From a virus (taxonomy: Duplodnaviria; Caudoviricetes), in the IMG/VR virus record IMGVR_UViG_3300037067_009230, positions 12,156-76,155 of that record: a stretch of DNA of 64,000 bases; one strand, written 5' to 3'. The notes under the pieces were generated by a model. It ran no database searches and was not told where the DNA came from. It saw nothing but the letters and a program-made list of their open reading frames with translations. The translations under genes and the position numbers were made by a program. This document shows, in pieces, positions 44,917 to 54,800 of the stretch (positions are counted from its first letter, which is position 1; each line of letters opens with the position of its first letter).

Positions 44917-46457
44917 GCATTTGTTCCTATCTTAATTAACTCTGCATCCCCTAAAACTGTTATTCCTAATACACTTCCTTTACTATATATTGTAACACCG
45001 GATGTAGCAACTATTGTTGATTTACCAGACCCTAAACAAGATATAAGTATTTGTGTCCCTATTGGAAATGCCACACTAGAATTAAGCGGTACTGTAAGAT
45101 TAGTTGCAGAGGATGAATTTACTGTTATAAGTTTTGATGCATCTGTAAGAACAAATGTATAAGATGTTGTCTGTGCATTAATAGTAAGATATTTTGGAAA
45201 AAACACTGTTTCCAAATCTGTTGTATCATTCAACTGATCTTGAATATTACTTGTAGCCCCATCAAGATATCCTATCTCAGTGCTTGATACCGTTCCTATT
45301 GAAGTAGTAGAAGGTAAAACAACTGCGCCAGTAAAAGTAGGGCTTGAAAACATTGTAGCCTTACTCTCATTAGTAACATTACCCAAACCTAAACTTATAC
45401 GACCTGTTGCAGCAACTAAATTTGTTGAACTGCCATCCCATTGTCTACGTTCTGAATAGGCTGTACCCCAATTAGTTTGCTCTATTGTAGTAGGAACAAC
45501 ATATCCTGATGTTAATGAAAAAACTCCAGTAGAATTTGTATAAGTTAATCCAGTTACAGTAGATGAAAATAATCCACGTATTGTTGAATTAGTTCCTACA
45601 AAGTACCCAGCAGATGCATGATTACCCCATGAATATGCAGTATTCCAATTAGCTGAATTATCCCCTAGTATAGAATAAGTACCCAATGTAGCCCCCCGAA
45701 GCATAATACCCTGACCAGTAAAATCTCCATCTACAAGTACGTCAGCATGAGATGTTTCAGATGTTAAATATCCTGCACTTGCATGATTACCCCAACTGTA
45801 AGCTGTATTCCAATTAGATGAGTTATCCGTTATAGTAGTACCCCATGAAGAACCACTAACTACTGTTGGTATACCTGTACCTGAAGGATACGTCATAGAA
45901 CCACCCCCACTGCCATTAGCTACCCACGATCTTACACCGCCCACTGTTGAAGATAGTATATAACCATCTACTCCGGGATTACCTAAAATAGGTTCATATA
46001 CACTAGTATGGGTATGACTTGTTGCAGATTTACTATTAAGTTGAGTTTGAATAGATGATGTTACACCATCCAACCAAGCCAATTCAGCAGCACTTACAAT
46101 TCCTATAGAAGTAGTAGAAGGTAACGTAACTGTACCAGTAGGGGTAGGATTATTACTATTTAACTTTGCATTTATCTGATTTTGTATACTAGAGGTAACA
46201 CCAACAAGATAATTTAATTCTGTGGCATTTGTTACTACACCATCAAGAATATTAAGTTCTGTTCCATTTGCTGTTATTGTTGTAGTTCCTATTTTAAAAG
46301 AATTTTGTAATCTTAATGGAACCAATATATTTATGTCCTTAATAAAAGAAACACTATCTCTATAACTATACTTTGATCTCTGGGGAACCCACCCCTGTTG
46401 AGAGCATAATTGAATGGATATAAGAATAAAACCACAAATAGTTAATAATTTTTTCAT
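44889..46457 (-). CDS. Fibre-like protein with internal repeats and signal-peptide-like N-terminus
   Basis: Repeats EL.YLDGVTSSIQ.QLN and NWNTAYSWGNHASAGY; C-terminal SYT.VL.DA.KLI...G.AELIKIGTNAW head domain. Confidence 0.7.
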   Translation of the reverse strand: MKKLLTICGFILISIQLCSQQGWVPQRSKYSYRDSVSFIKDINILVPLRLQNSFKIGTTTITANGTELNILDGVVTNATELNYLVGVTSSIQNQINAKLNSNNPTPTGTVTLPSTTSIGIVSAAELAWLDGVTSSIQTQLNSKSATSHTHTSVYEPILGNPGVDGYILSSTVGGVRSWVANGSGGGSMTYPSGTGIPTVVSGSSWGTTITDNSSNWNTAYSWGNHASAGYLTSETSHADVLVDGDFTGQGIMLRGATLGTYSILGDNSANWNTAYSWGNHASAGYFVGTNSTIRGLFSSTVTGLTYTNSTGVFSLTSGYVVPTTIEQTNWGTAYSERRQWDGSSTNLVAATGRISLGLGNVTNESKATMFSSPTFTGAVVLPSTTSIGTVSSTEIGYLDGATSNIQDQLNDTTDLETVFFPKYLTINAQTTSYTFVLTDASKLITVNSSSATNLTVPLNSSVAFPIGTQILISCLGSGKSTIVATSGVTIYSKGSVLGITVLGDAELIKIGTNAWKLIGSLE

Positions 46458-46894
46458 TAGTATGTAATTATAAGATGTACTCCAAGAACAATTTCTGAAG
46501 AATAAACAATAATAGTATAGACACCACCAACAAAGGCAACCTGTACATCCATATTCTGCATTAAGTTACCAGCAGAATCAAATAAAGTTATAGTAGCAGG
46601 TTTTGTAGTTAAAGTTGTAATAAATGTATTATACCCAACCGCAAAATCCATAACTTGTTCATAAGGAGTGTTAGCTGATCCACCAACTATAGGAGGAATC
46701 CATATGCGATTACCATCCATATCAGATGATAATATATACCCATCAACAGGAGGATTACCTAAGGATGGCTCAGATGTAACTATTGGGGTACCACTACCAA
46801 GATCTAAATCATTTAATGTAGGAACAGGCAGAGGAGCACTCCTGTTTGGATGCCCATCTATTACAATTCCCCCAATATTCATTAAATCAGCCAT
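46457..46894 (-). CDS. Small fibre-related protein
   Basis: Shares an EP.LGNP.VDGYILSS...W module with the downstream fibre-like protein. Confidence 0.55.
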   Translation of the reverse strand: MADLMNIGGIVIDGHPNRSAPLPVPTLNDLDLGSGTPIVTSEPSLGNPPVDGYILSSDMDGNRIWIPPIVGGSANTPYEQVMDFAVGYNTFITTLTTKPATITLFDSAGNLMQNMDVQVAFVGGVYTIIVYSSEIVLGVHLIITY

Positions 46895-46938
46895 TCAAAT
46901 ATATTTATGAGTTGAGAACAAAATAACACCAATCTATA

Positions 46939-49900
46939 TTATCTAGGAATATCTTTTAGAAAAGCAATTTCTTTCTTTAATTGTGCAATCTCTAAACAAA
47001 ATAAATCCATATATGCAACACTAAGCATCCCATCTTTATCTGATCTAACCAATTCTGGATATGACTCTTGTATTGACTGAGCTATCACACCATATCTCAG
47101 TTGTCCCAGATCTGTTTTCATTCTAAACTGTTTGTAATCTATATTGATATATTTTGGTTCAAGCGGTTTTATCATAGTTTTAAGTCTTTCATCAGAAATA
47201 GTGACAAAACTAGTTGCGTACATAGAACCAGTAGAATAGGTAGACCCGGTAACATACAAAGAATAAGATATATTAGCCGGGCCACGAATACCAACATAAC
47301 CATAAGCTGTAGAACCATTATATGCAAGTAATGTATTCCCTACAACCCCTGTACCATTACCTAAACCACCATACATATAAACACTTCCCCCAGCATTATT
47401 ACCAGAAATATCATAACCATTACCGCCTTTAAGTGTAATATTTTTTCCAGTAGCACTACCACTAGTACCATTTGTACCAGTAATTATAGCATTATTATTA
47501 TTCCCAATATTAACAGCATTTGTATAAAGACTTACAGAAGGTCCATTAATAGCCACATAATTATTAACTCCATCTCCTATTGAGATAAAACTTGCTCCTT
47601 TTGATCTAATATTTAATGATACATTAGCAGCAGATCCATTAGAAGATAATATTACGGAACTTGCTGCGTAATTACTATCACCTAAATAAATAGATCCCAT
47701 AAGATTTGTAGCATTGGGATTACCCGGGGATATATACACATCACCTTGTAAAGAACTACTATCCCCTGATATAGCTGCACCCCCCCTTATATAAATACTC
47801 CCAGCATCAGCCCCAGAAGCATTATAAGGAGCACCTCCCATTAAATATAAATTTCTACCTGTAGGTGTACCTACAAGACCCGCAGATGCACTAATATTAA
47901 ATGACGAATTAGAAGTAGCGTTTAAAATACCCTCAGAATTAGCTCCTATATAATATGTATTTACTCGAATCAAATCCCCTGTAGTTGCCGGAGAAAGGGT
48001 AGTCCCTACCCTCTGCCAATAATTAGTACCACCAGTAGGAATAGCCCATGTTCCATCAGCTCTTAAAAAATTAGTAGTTCCTCCGGCAAGTTTTGGGAGA
48101 TATCCATGCTTAAGTGTAGTAGCATTATTAGTGGTAATATCCGTAAAAGTAATAATAGATTCTGCATGAACATGAGAAAGTGCAGCAGCCCCTACATCAG
48201 TATAAGTTAAACCATGAGCTGCAAAAGTAAATGTAGTGGCACTGGTAGCTTTGAGAAAATATCCCGTGGTTAATCCAGAAGCTGTATGATAAGAACTTAC
48301 TAAAGCATGACTAGCTACCGAAGAAGCCCCATAACTAATCTTACCTGTAGTGCTATCATAATAAACAATATTAGTCTCCGTTGTCCTAGCAGGAAGATAC
48401 CCTGTAGATCCTGTACCAAAATAAATATTACCGGCAGTACCCACTGTACCCCCATAGATATAGACATGACCAGATTGGCCACTGGTATTAGCATCTCCAC
48501 CCCGTAATGTTAAATTACCCCCACCATAAGTAGAAGTAGCAGCAGATCCAGCTAATATTGAGAGATTATAACCAGTAGTTGAAGCAGGCGCATTAGCCAC
48601 TGATATAATTCTATTATTTCCTGATAAGGATATACCACCGGCAACCGCTAATACAGAAGATCCAAAAGTTAATCCGGTAGTACCTTCTATAGTATGGTCA
48701 TCAACCCATACAGCTATTTGATTATCTACAGGAGTACTTGATTTATAAACATCACCACCACCCCCGGAACTAGCAGCACCATAAGTTAAAAGACCTGTAG
48801 CAGTATCATAATAAACAACATTAGTCTCAGAAGATTTAATAGGAAGATATCCTGCAGTCCCTGTACCAAAATAAATATTACCCCGTATTCCAGCACTTGA
48901 TGGACGAGGTGCTCCACCATATAAATATAAATTACCCCCATTTAAATCCCCTGAAGTAGCATAAGTATCTCCCCCTTTTAGTGTAAGATGTGTGAGTGCA
49001 GTAGCATTTCCACTATTCCCTGTTAAAGTTACTCCCCCGTTTCCTGTATTACCAAAAGTGTGGGTAGAACCGGTTGCTGCGATATTACCAAAAGCATAAA
49101 GTCCCCCATAAATAAGTACACTTCCAGTTGTTCCCTTAGGTTGAAGAACTATATCAATATTAGTTGATGTTCCTTTAACCCCTATAATAACTGTGGAAGG
49201 TATATAAGTATTATTCCCTAAATATATATATGCTCCGTATGATGAACTATGAGGATTACCGGGAACAATGTAAACATTACCGGGAGATGAAGATGAATCC
49301 CCTAATATGGCGTTACCTGCATGTAATATTAAATCTCCCGCATCAGTTCCGGCAGCCCCAACCGCATCTCCAGAAGAAATAGTTAAATGTTTCAAAGACC
49401 CGTCACCGGAATCAATAAGTGAAACACCTAATGCCCCTGTTGAACTATCATATACTAAACCAGTATGCCCTTCAATATGGGTAGAATCAGTCCAAACGGC
49501 TATTTGATTATCAACAGGAGTACCAATATTAGAAACATTTCCTGTACCTGTAGGAGACCCCCAACTTAATACACCAGATCCATTATTATATAAATATCCT
49601 ATGTTATGGGATAAATTACTTAAAGTGGTAAGAATAATAGAAGAAGATTGCTTCCCCGCCAGATCAGATACCAAATTTGTAATTTTAGACTGGGCTAATG
49701 ACGGAATATCCCCCGAAACTAATGACCTAAAAGTAGGAGACCCAGCCAACCCGTCCGGGGAAGCATATATGTAATTTGCAGCTATAGAACCAAAATATGT
49801 TGCTAAATTTGAAATGTATGTTCCAGTATGATTATGATCTGAACGGGCTACAGATGTTGCTACACCCGTACCCGAAAAACCATATTTTGTAAAAGTATCT

Positions 49901-50844
49901 ACCCCTGTCTGATATATAAATCCAGCAGAAGCATCCAGAGCAGCCAAGGCTGTAAGAGTAGCATCTACAGATTGATATAATCCAGCATGATTATGAGGAG
50001 ACCCATTAATATTATAAGTTGATCCAAGAGGTATATTAACTACACCCGTATCTGATATAGTCATTAATGAATCATCTACCAAAGCTCCAGTAGCACCATC
50101 CCATCTTACAACTGCATTATTTGTAGAAGAAGATATTTTTCGTACTTGTGCATAATTAGTGACATTCCCTAATCCTATATCTGAATTAGTTAAACCATGC
50201 GATGTAAATCCATAAGTAGTTCCGGATAGTGCTTTTAAGAATTGCCCTGCTGTTAAACCAGTTACAGGATGATTGGTAATATCTACTAAATTATGAATAG
50301 TAGGAGCTTTCCCTGCCAAATCTGTAACCAAATTAGTAATTTGAGATTGAGATAGTGTTAATGATGAGCTATTAATACCTTGAATAGTGGTAGCATTAAC
50401 CCAAGAAGCTAACTGACCACTAGAAGGAGTTCCTGAAACAACTACATTACCGCTTCCTGAAGCAAGTAGAGATGCTAATGTCACACTTCCGGATATGCTA
50501 TCACTGAATACAATGTTACCTAACCCATCCTGCGTAATCGTAGAGGCTATTCCTAACCTTATACCGTCTTTTGGATATATCTTACCATGAACATATAATG
50601 CCTCATCAAAAACAGTAATCAAACTTCCTATTGCGACTTTGTACAATACAGAAGCAGGGGATACAATGTCGTTTATCTTCTGCCAATAATTATATGCAGA
50701 TGGTACAGGATTACTAAAATCATGCCCATAAATAAAATCATGGGGTTTATAGCCCTCGCCTAAGTCAATATCCATAGATGGTACGATAGGAGGTACAGGA
50801 CTACCACCCACAAAAACACCATTACCATCAAGGAAATCATCCAT
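46939..50844 (-). CDS. Tail fibre with C-terminal intramolecular chaperone (peptidase S74)
   Basis: Gly/Ser/Thr-rich repeats; ISDERLK...YGVIAQ...YPELV...SVAY...QLKKEI. Confidence 0.85.
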   Translation of the reverse strand: MDDFLDGNGVFVGGSPVPPIVPSMDIDLGEGYKPHDFIYGHDFSNPVPSAYNYWQKINDIVSPASVLYKVAIGSLITVFDEALYVHGKIYPKDGIRLGIASTITQDGLGNIVFSDSISGSVTLASLLASGSGNVVVSGTPSSGQLASWVNATTIQGINSSSLTLSQSQITNLVTDLAGKAPTIHNLVDITNHPVTGLTAGQFLKALSGTTYGFTSHGLTNSDIGLGNVTNYAQVRKISSSTNNAVVRWDGATGALVDDSLMTISDTGVVNIPLGSTYNINGSPHNHAGLYQSVDATLTALAALDASAGFIYQTGVDTFTKYGFSGTGVATSVARSDHNHTGTYISNLATYFGSIAANYIYASPDGLAGSPTFRSLVSGDIPSLAQSKITNLVSDLAGKQSSSIILTTLSNLSHNIGYLYNNGSGVLSWGSPTGTGNVSNIGTPVDNQIAVWTDSTHIEGHTGLVYDSSTGALGVSLIDSGDGSLKHLTISSGDAVGAAGTDAGDLILHAGNAILGDSSSSPGNVYIVPGNPHSSSYGAYIYLGNNTYIPSTVIIGVKGTSTNIDIVLQPKGTTGSVLIYGGLYAFGNIAATGSTHTFGNTGNGGVTLTGNSGNATALTHLTLKGGDTYATSGDLNGGNLYLYGGAPRPSSAGIRGNIYFGTGTAGYLPIKSSETNVVYYDTATGLLTYGAASSGGGGDVYKSSTPVDNQIAVWVDDHTIEGTTGLTFGSSVLAVAGGISLSGNNRIISVANAPASTTGYNLSILAGSAATSTYGGGNLTLRGGDANTSGQSGHVYIYGGTVGTAGNIYFGTGSTGYLPARTTETNIVYYDSTTGKISYGASSVASHALVSSYHTASGLTTGYFLKATSATTFTFAAHGLTYTDVGAAALSHVHAESIITFTDITTNNATTLKHGYLPKLAGGTTNFLRADGTWAIPTGGTNYWQRVGTTLSPATTGDLIRVNTYYIGANSEGILNATSNSSFNISASAGLVGTPTGRNLYLMGGAPYNASGADAGSIYIRGGAAISGDSSSLQGDVYISPGNPNATNLMGSIYLGDSNYAASSVILSSNGSAANVSLNIRSKGASFISIGDGVNNYVAINGPSVSLYTNAVNIGNNNNAIITGTNGTSGSATGKNITLKGGNGYDISGNNAGGSVYMYGGLGNGTGVVGNTLLAYNGSTAYGYVGIRGPANISYSLYVTGSTYSTGSMYATSFVTISDERLKTMIKPLEPKYINIDYKQFRMKTDLGQLRYGVIAQSIQESYPELVRSDKDGMLSVAYMDLFCLEIAQLKKEIAFLKDIPR

Positions 50845-51061
50845 AGAACTCTGATTTAAGTGTTATCATACCGGTTAACTCATCTATCTCCGTGGTAGAA
50901 AATTCTTCGAGGCACGCGTTATCACCTAAGCACTGCAAGATCATTTGCTTATTTAAAAGTTTTAATAATTCATCCTGATCCGGCAAATTTCGTATAACCC
51001 CATATACATTACGGGAACAATACTTTGCAACCTCTAAAGAGAATGTATTTTCAGCTGCCAT
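50837..51061 (-). CDS. Hypothetical protein
   Basis: 74-aa ORF coupled to the fibre gene. Confidence 0.55.
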   Translation of the reverse strand: MAAENTFSLEVAKYCSRNVYGVIRNLPDQDELLKLLNKQMILQCLGDNACLEEFSTTEIDELTGMITLKSEFYG

Positions 51062-51064
51062 AGT

Positions 51065-51793
51065 TTAATATTTTGAAGCGATTTGCTTACAGAAATTTAT
51101 ATTTACATCTACCTCAGTAAATCTATCAGCTGCCATAAGAACAGGAATTGAGTTAATAGATACAAAAAGTCGAATAGCATCAATAAATTCAGAATCTTTT
51201 AAAAGTTTCTCCCAATTTTCCCCTATTTTATTATTCACAACATTAGCATTATAAATACGTCTGGCATAGCAACGTTTGGCCTCAGAATAAACAACAATCC
51301 TTTGAGCAAGTCTGTATTTAGATGGAAGCAAATCTATATCTGTTATAGCAGTCCAATATGCCCCCTCTGTGGGAGTTACCCCTGTAGAGTTTTGTAATGC
51401 TTTCCATATTGTAGACCCATAATAAACATAAGGCGTGGTTGAATACAAATAAGCAGCGATAGCAGAATATGTAGGAACTGTATAAATAGTTACCCAATAT
51501 TGCCCATCTCCTGTTGAATAAGTATAATCAACATGAGGATCTCCGGAACTACCTGTACTTGGGGCTGCAATAATGCCCTCTCCATCCCCTAAAGTAGAAT
51601 ATAAATACTCAGTGAGGTCAGGTAAAGTAATCTTTAACTTATAAAAAGAACTAAAATTACTCCTTGAATGCCCTGCCTCTGGAGAAGAATCATCATAATT
51701 ACTTCTATCTATAATAGAGATTACACCATTAGATATGGAAATATCCGCCACACCTGTGACAGGATTTATAAGGGAAGTAGCGAAATTAGCCAT
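51065..51793 (-). CDS. Virion-module protein with CBM5/12-like motif
   Basis: YVYYGSTIWKALQNSTGVTPTEGAYWT. Confidence 0.55.
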   Translation of the reverse strand: MANFATSLINPVTGVADISISNGVISIIDRSNYDDSSPEAGHSRSNFSSFYKLKITLPDLTEYLYSTLGDGEGIIAAPSTGSSGDPHVDYTYSTGDGQYWVTIYTVPTYSAIAAYLYSTTPYVYYGSTIWKALQNSTGVTPTEGAYWTAITDIDLLPSKYRLAQRIVVYSEAKRCYARRIYNANVVNNKIGENWEKLLKDSEFIDAIRLFVSINSIPVLMAADRFTEVDVNINFCKQIASKY

Positions 51794-51808
51794 TATAATA
51801 CGTTTTTA

Positions 51809-51816
51809 CAAAGTTA
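51809..51816 (-). promoter_or_regulatory. -7 box TAACTTTG for the fibre operon
   Basis: TAnnTTTG in a short intergenic gap. Confidence 0.6.
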
Positions 51817-51827
51817 TCATTTATTTA

Positions 51828-54800
51828 TTAAAAGTTAGGAATCTTCCGATCCTTTTTATTAGGAAGAGGTTTATCAATAGGTTTATTTAAATTTTCTGAA
51901 GGTTTTGCCTTTTCATTTAATATTTTTTCAACCTCCTCAGGAGTTAAATCACTATCATCTACTGCATTTCCCAGAGTATAATCAGACGAACCAAGAATAC
52001 GTTGAATTTTATAGGTTAATGGTTTACCCTCTTCTTTACCCGTAGATACATCATAAATCCCCTCCCCAATAGCAGTAGCACCGGGAATAGGAAGACCAAG
52101 ACCAGCACCTATTATCTTACTAGCATATTTAATTGTCTTTAATAATTCCGGTGTATTCCATCTATAATCCTCAGCAGCCTTACGAACTGCATCAATATAT
52201 TCAGGAGGCACCCCTTCGATCATTTCTTTATCTGACATATGAACCTTAGGTAAATGTTCTACCACTTTAGCAGCGTCATCATACGTACTTAGTATTGGTG
52301 AAACATTATATTTCTTCCATGATTCTCCCTGAGCAACATTTAATAAACCCATTCCAATATCCCCTAAAGCAAAAAGATTATTAAGATTACCTATTGCCCC
52401 TGCCCATAATTCATCTTTAGTATCCCATTTAAAACCATTGGCCATAAATTGAAATAATGCAGGCATCACTACATGATAAATAGCTATTGTTTTAACATTT
52501 TGTTGCCATGAACCTCTGCCAGTAAATAAATTACGAGTAGCAGCAGATACCTTTCTATGATACTGCATAGGGGCAGATTTATACATAGTCATGGTCTTAA
52601 AAAAATCATTTGCTGTCTGAACCTGAGATAAATTAAAATGTAGGCCTGATTGCTGTGTATCATCCACGGCTCTTGAAAAAGTATGTAATGCCTTAGCCTC
52701 CGCTAATTTTTTATTATATCCCGCTTTTATTGCCTGATCATAAGCATAACGATAAACAGGAATACCACCAATAAAGATTGATGTTGCATCAAACCCACTT
52801 ATAGGAAACATTGCTTTATGCCTCCAATCAGATTTATTTGCAATTGAATGATAATCTGCTGCAAGAATTTCTGTAATTACATTATCCCATCCTTGACCAT
52901 ATCTTTGTTGAAGATAAGCATCGTTCCATAATTTTTTTGCTAATTCTATATTATTTTTATCCCCCATCCAACGTGTTAAATCTTGAATAGCATATTTAGG
53001 TATCTCCTTCATTGGAATATACTCCATAAATGCTGGTATAGAAGATAATTGTTTTATTCCAACCGGAATTTTAAGAGCTAAGGAAGCAAACAGAATATTA
53101 TTCCTAACCTTTCTTATTGTCTTTGCTGTCATCCATGCATCTGTAGGTTTATGTAAAAGATCAGCAACGTCTTTTTGTAATATCCTTAAATGCTGATCCC
53201 CATGAGCAAATACCTGTTTAATTGTATTTCTTATATCTGGATTGCTAACAAATGAATTAAGTATACGAATTGGTTCTGCATAATTTTTCCAGTAAGTCAT
53301 ATTATGAACATACGACATTAAAACTTGATCAGCATCCATTAATCTTAATGGTTTATCATGTTTAACACGACTAAGTAAACTTCCATTCTTAACATTAGAA
53401 GCAAAACTTTGTCTCGATAATAAATCATCATCGTTAATTTTTTTGCTATCCACCCCCTCTATAAATATAGGAGAATACATATCACTATATGGCATATCCC
53501 TACCATACATCTGCCTATAAATAGGATTTAAAAATTCATATAATCTAGGATAAAATTCATTTAACTGCCAATCAGCCCAAGCTTTATCCTGAGGTGTAAG
53601 AATATCTATTACTTTCTGCCCTAAATCAGTTAATTCCCCATTACGTTTATAATAACCAGCCTCATTGGATTTTTCAAGAGATAAATCCTGAAGTTCCATA
53701 TAAACCTTAATAGCCTGATTTGTTGTTAAATTTAATTCTTTATCCTTACCTAAAATATTTTTATACTTGATATTATGTATAATAGAAGTTCTATCTTTGG
53801 CATTTTTATTTAATTCCTTCTTTCCATATATCTCTTCAGCTTTCTTAGTAATCTCGTTAAATAAATTAGTCCTATCTATATATAATTGTCTATTAGCATA
53901 CCACATAGGCTCCCCTAAAGTTTCATGAAGAATACCCTCATTAGGTTTACTAGTTGTATCATTTTGAGAGAAAAATTCAATATGGGAAAATAGACTACTT
54001 GACATAGGCCAATCAAATACAGTAGCCCCAAATTCTTTAAGGAAAGAATTTTTCATATTCTGTATATTTCGGGGATCTGTCTCAATCACTTTCTTACCTG
54101 CTATTGCAGCAGCTTGAAGTTTAGCAATTTCGGCTTCTTGGGCTTTTTGTACCATTCGGGCAGCAGCAGCCTTAGAAGAACCCGCTTTTCTTATCTCCAT
54201 TAAATCTCTGGCTGCCCCCTGTAAAACATACGAATTAGCTCCACCTACACTTGTTTCATTTAAAAGGCCCCAAAAATTATACTTAGTTATTTGATCCATC
54301 TCTTCTGCTGTGGGAAATTGCCTGCCCTCCTCATCTATCTTAGCGTATATCTTATTAATAGCCTCTTGCCCCTCTGCCCAGTTCTTATTAAGCATATTAT
54401 CCCTAATACCATTCTTCCCCAATATTGCATCCCAAAGAGGTAATCCACCTATACCTTTAATATTTTTATCTGGCTGCCCTGAAACTTTTTTACTTAAAGA
54501 TTTCTCTGTACTTTGTTTATCAAGAATATCTAAAGCTTGCTCAGCTTTAGCTTCATTAAATCTCCATGTAGCATTATTAACAATTTTATCAAAATAGTCG
54601 ATAGCTCTATTTAATGATGCTGGTTTAGTAAAATCAATGCTATTCACTTTATTAAGCATCCTCTTTTGAAGTTTAACACCCAAACCGGAAAAAGATGGCA
54701 TACCCTTAATGAAATCCTTAAATTTATCCTTAATAGAAAGTTCAGGACTATCTGCTGCACTTAATCTCTCTATAAGAATACCACCCTCAGGATATCGAGC

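Noticed and set aside
46939-50844. Diversity-generating retroelement acting on the fibre
   Set aside because: No reverse transcriptase and no TR/VR pair differing only at adenines was seen.
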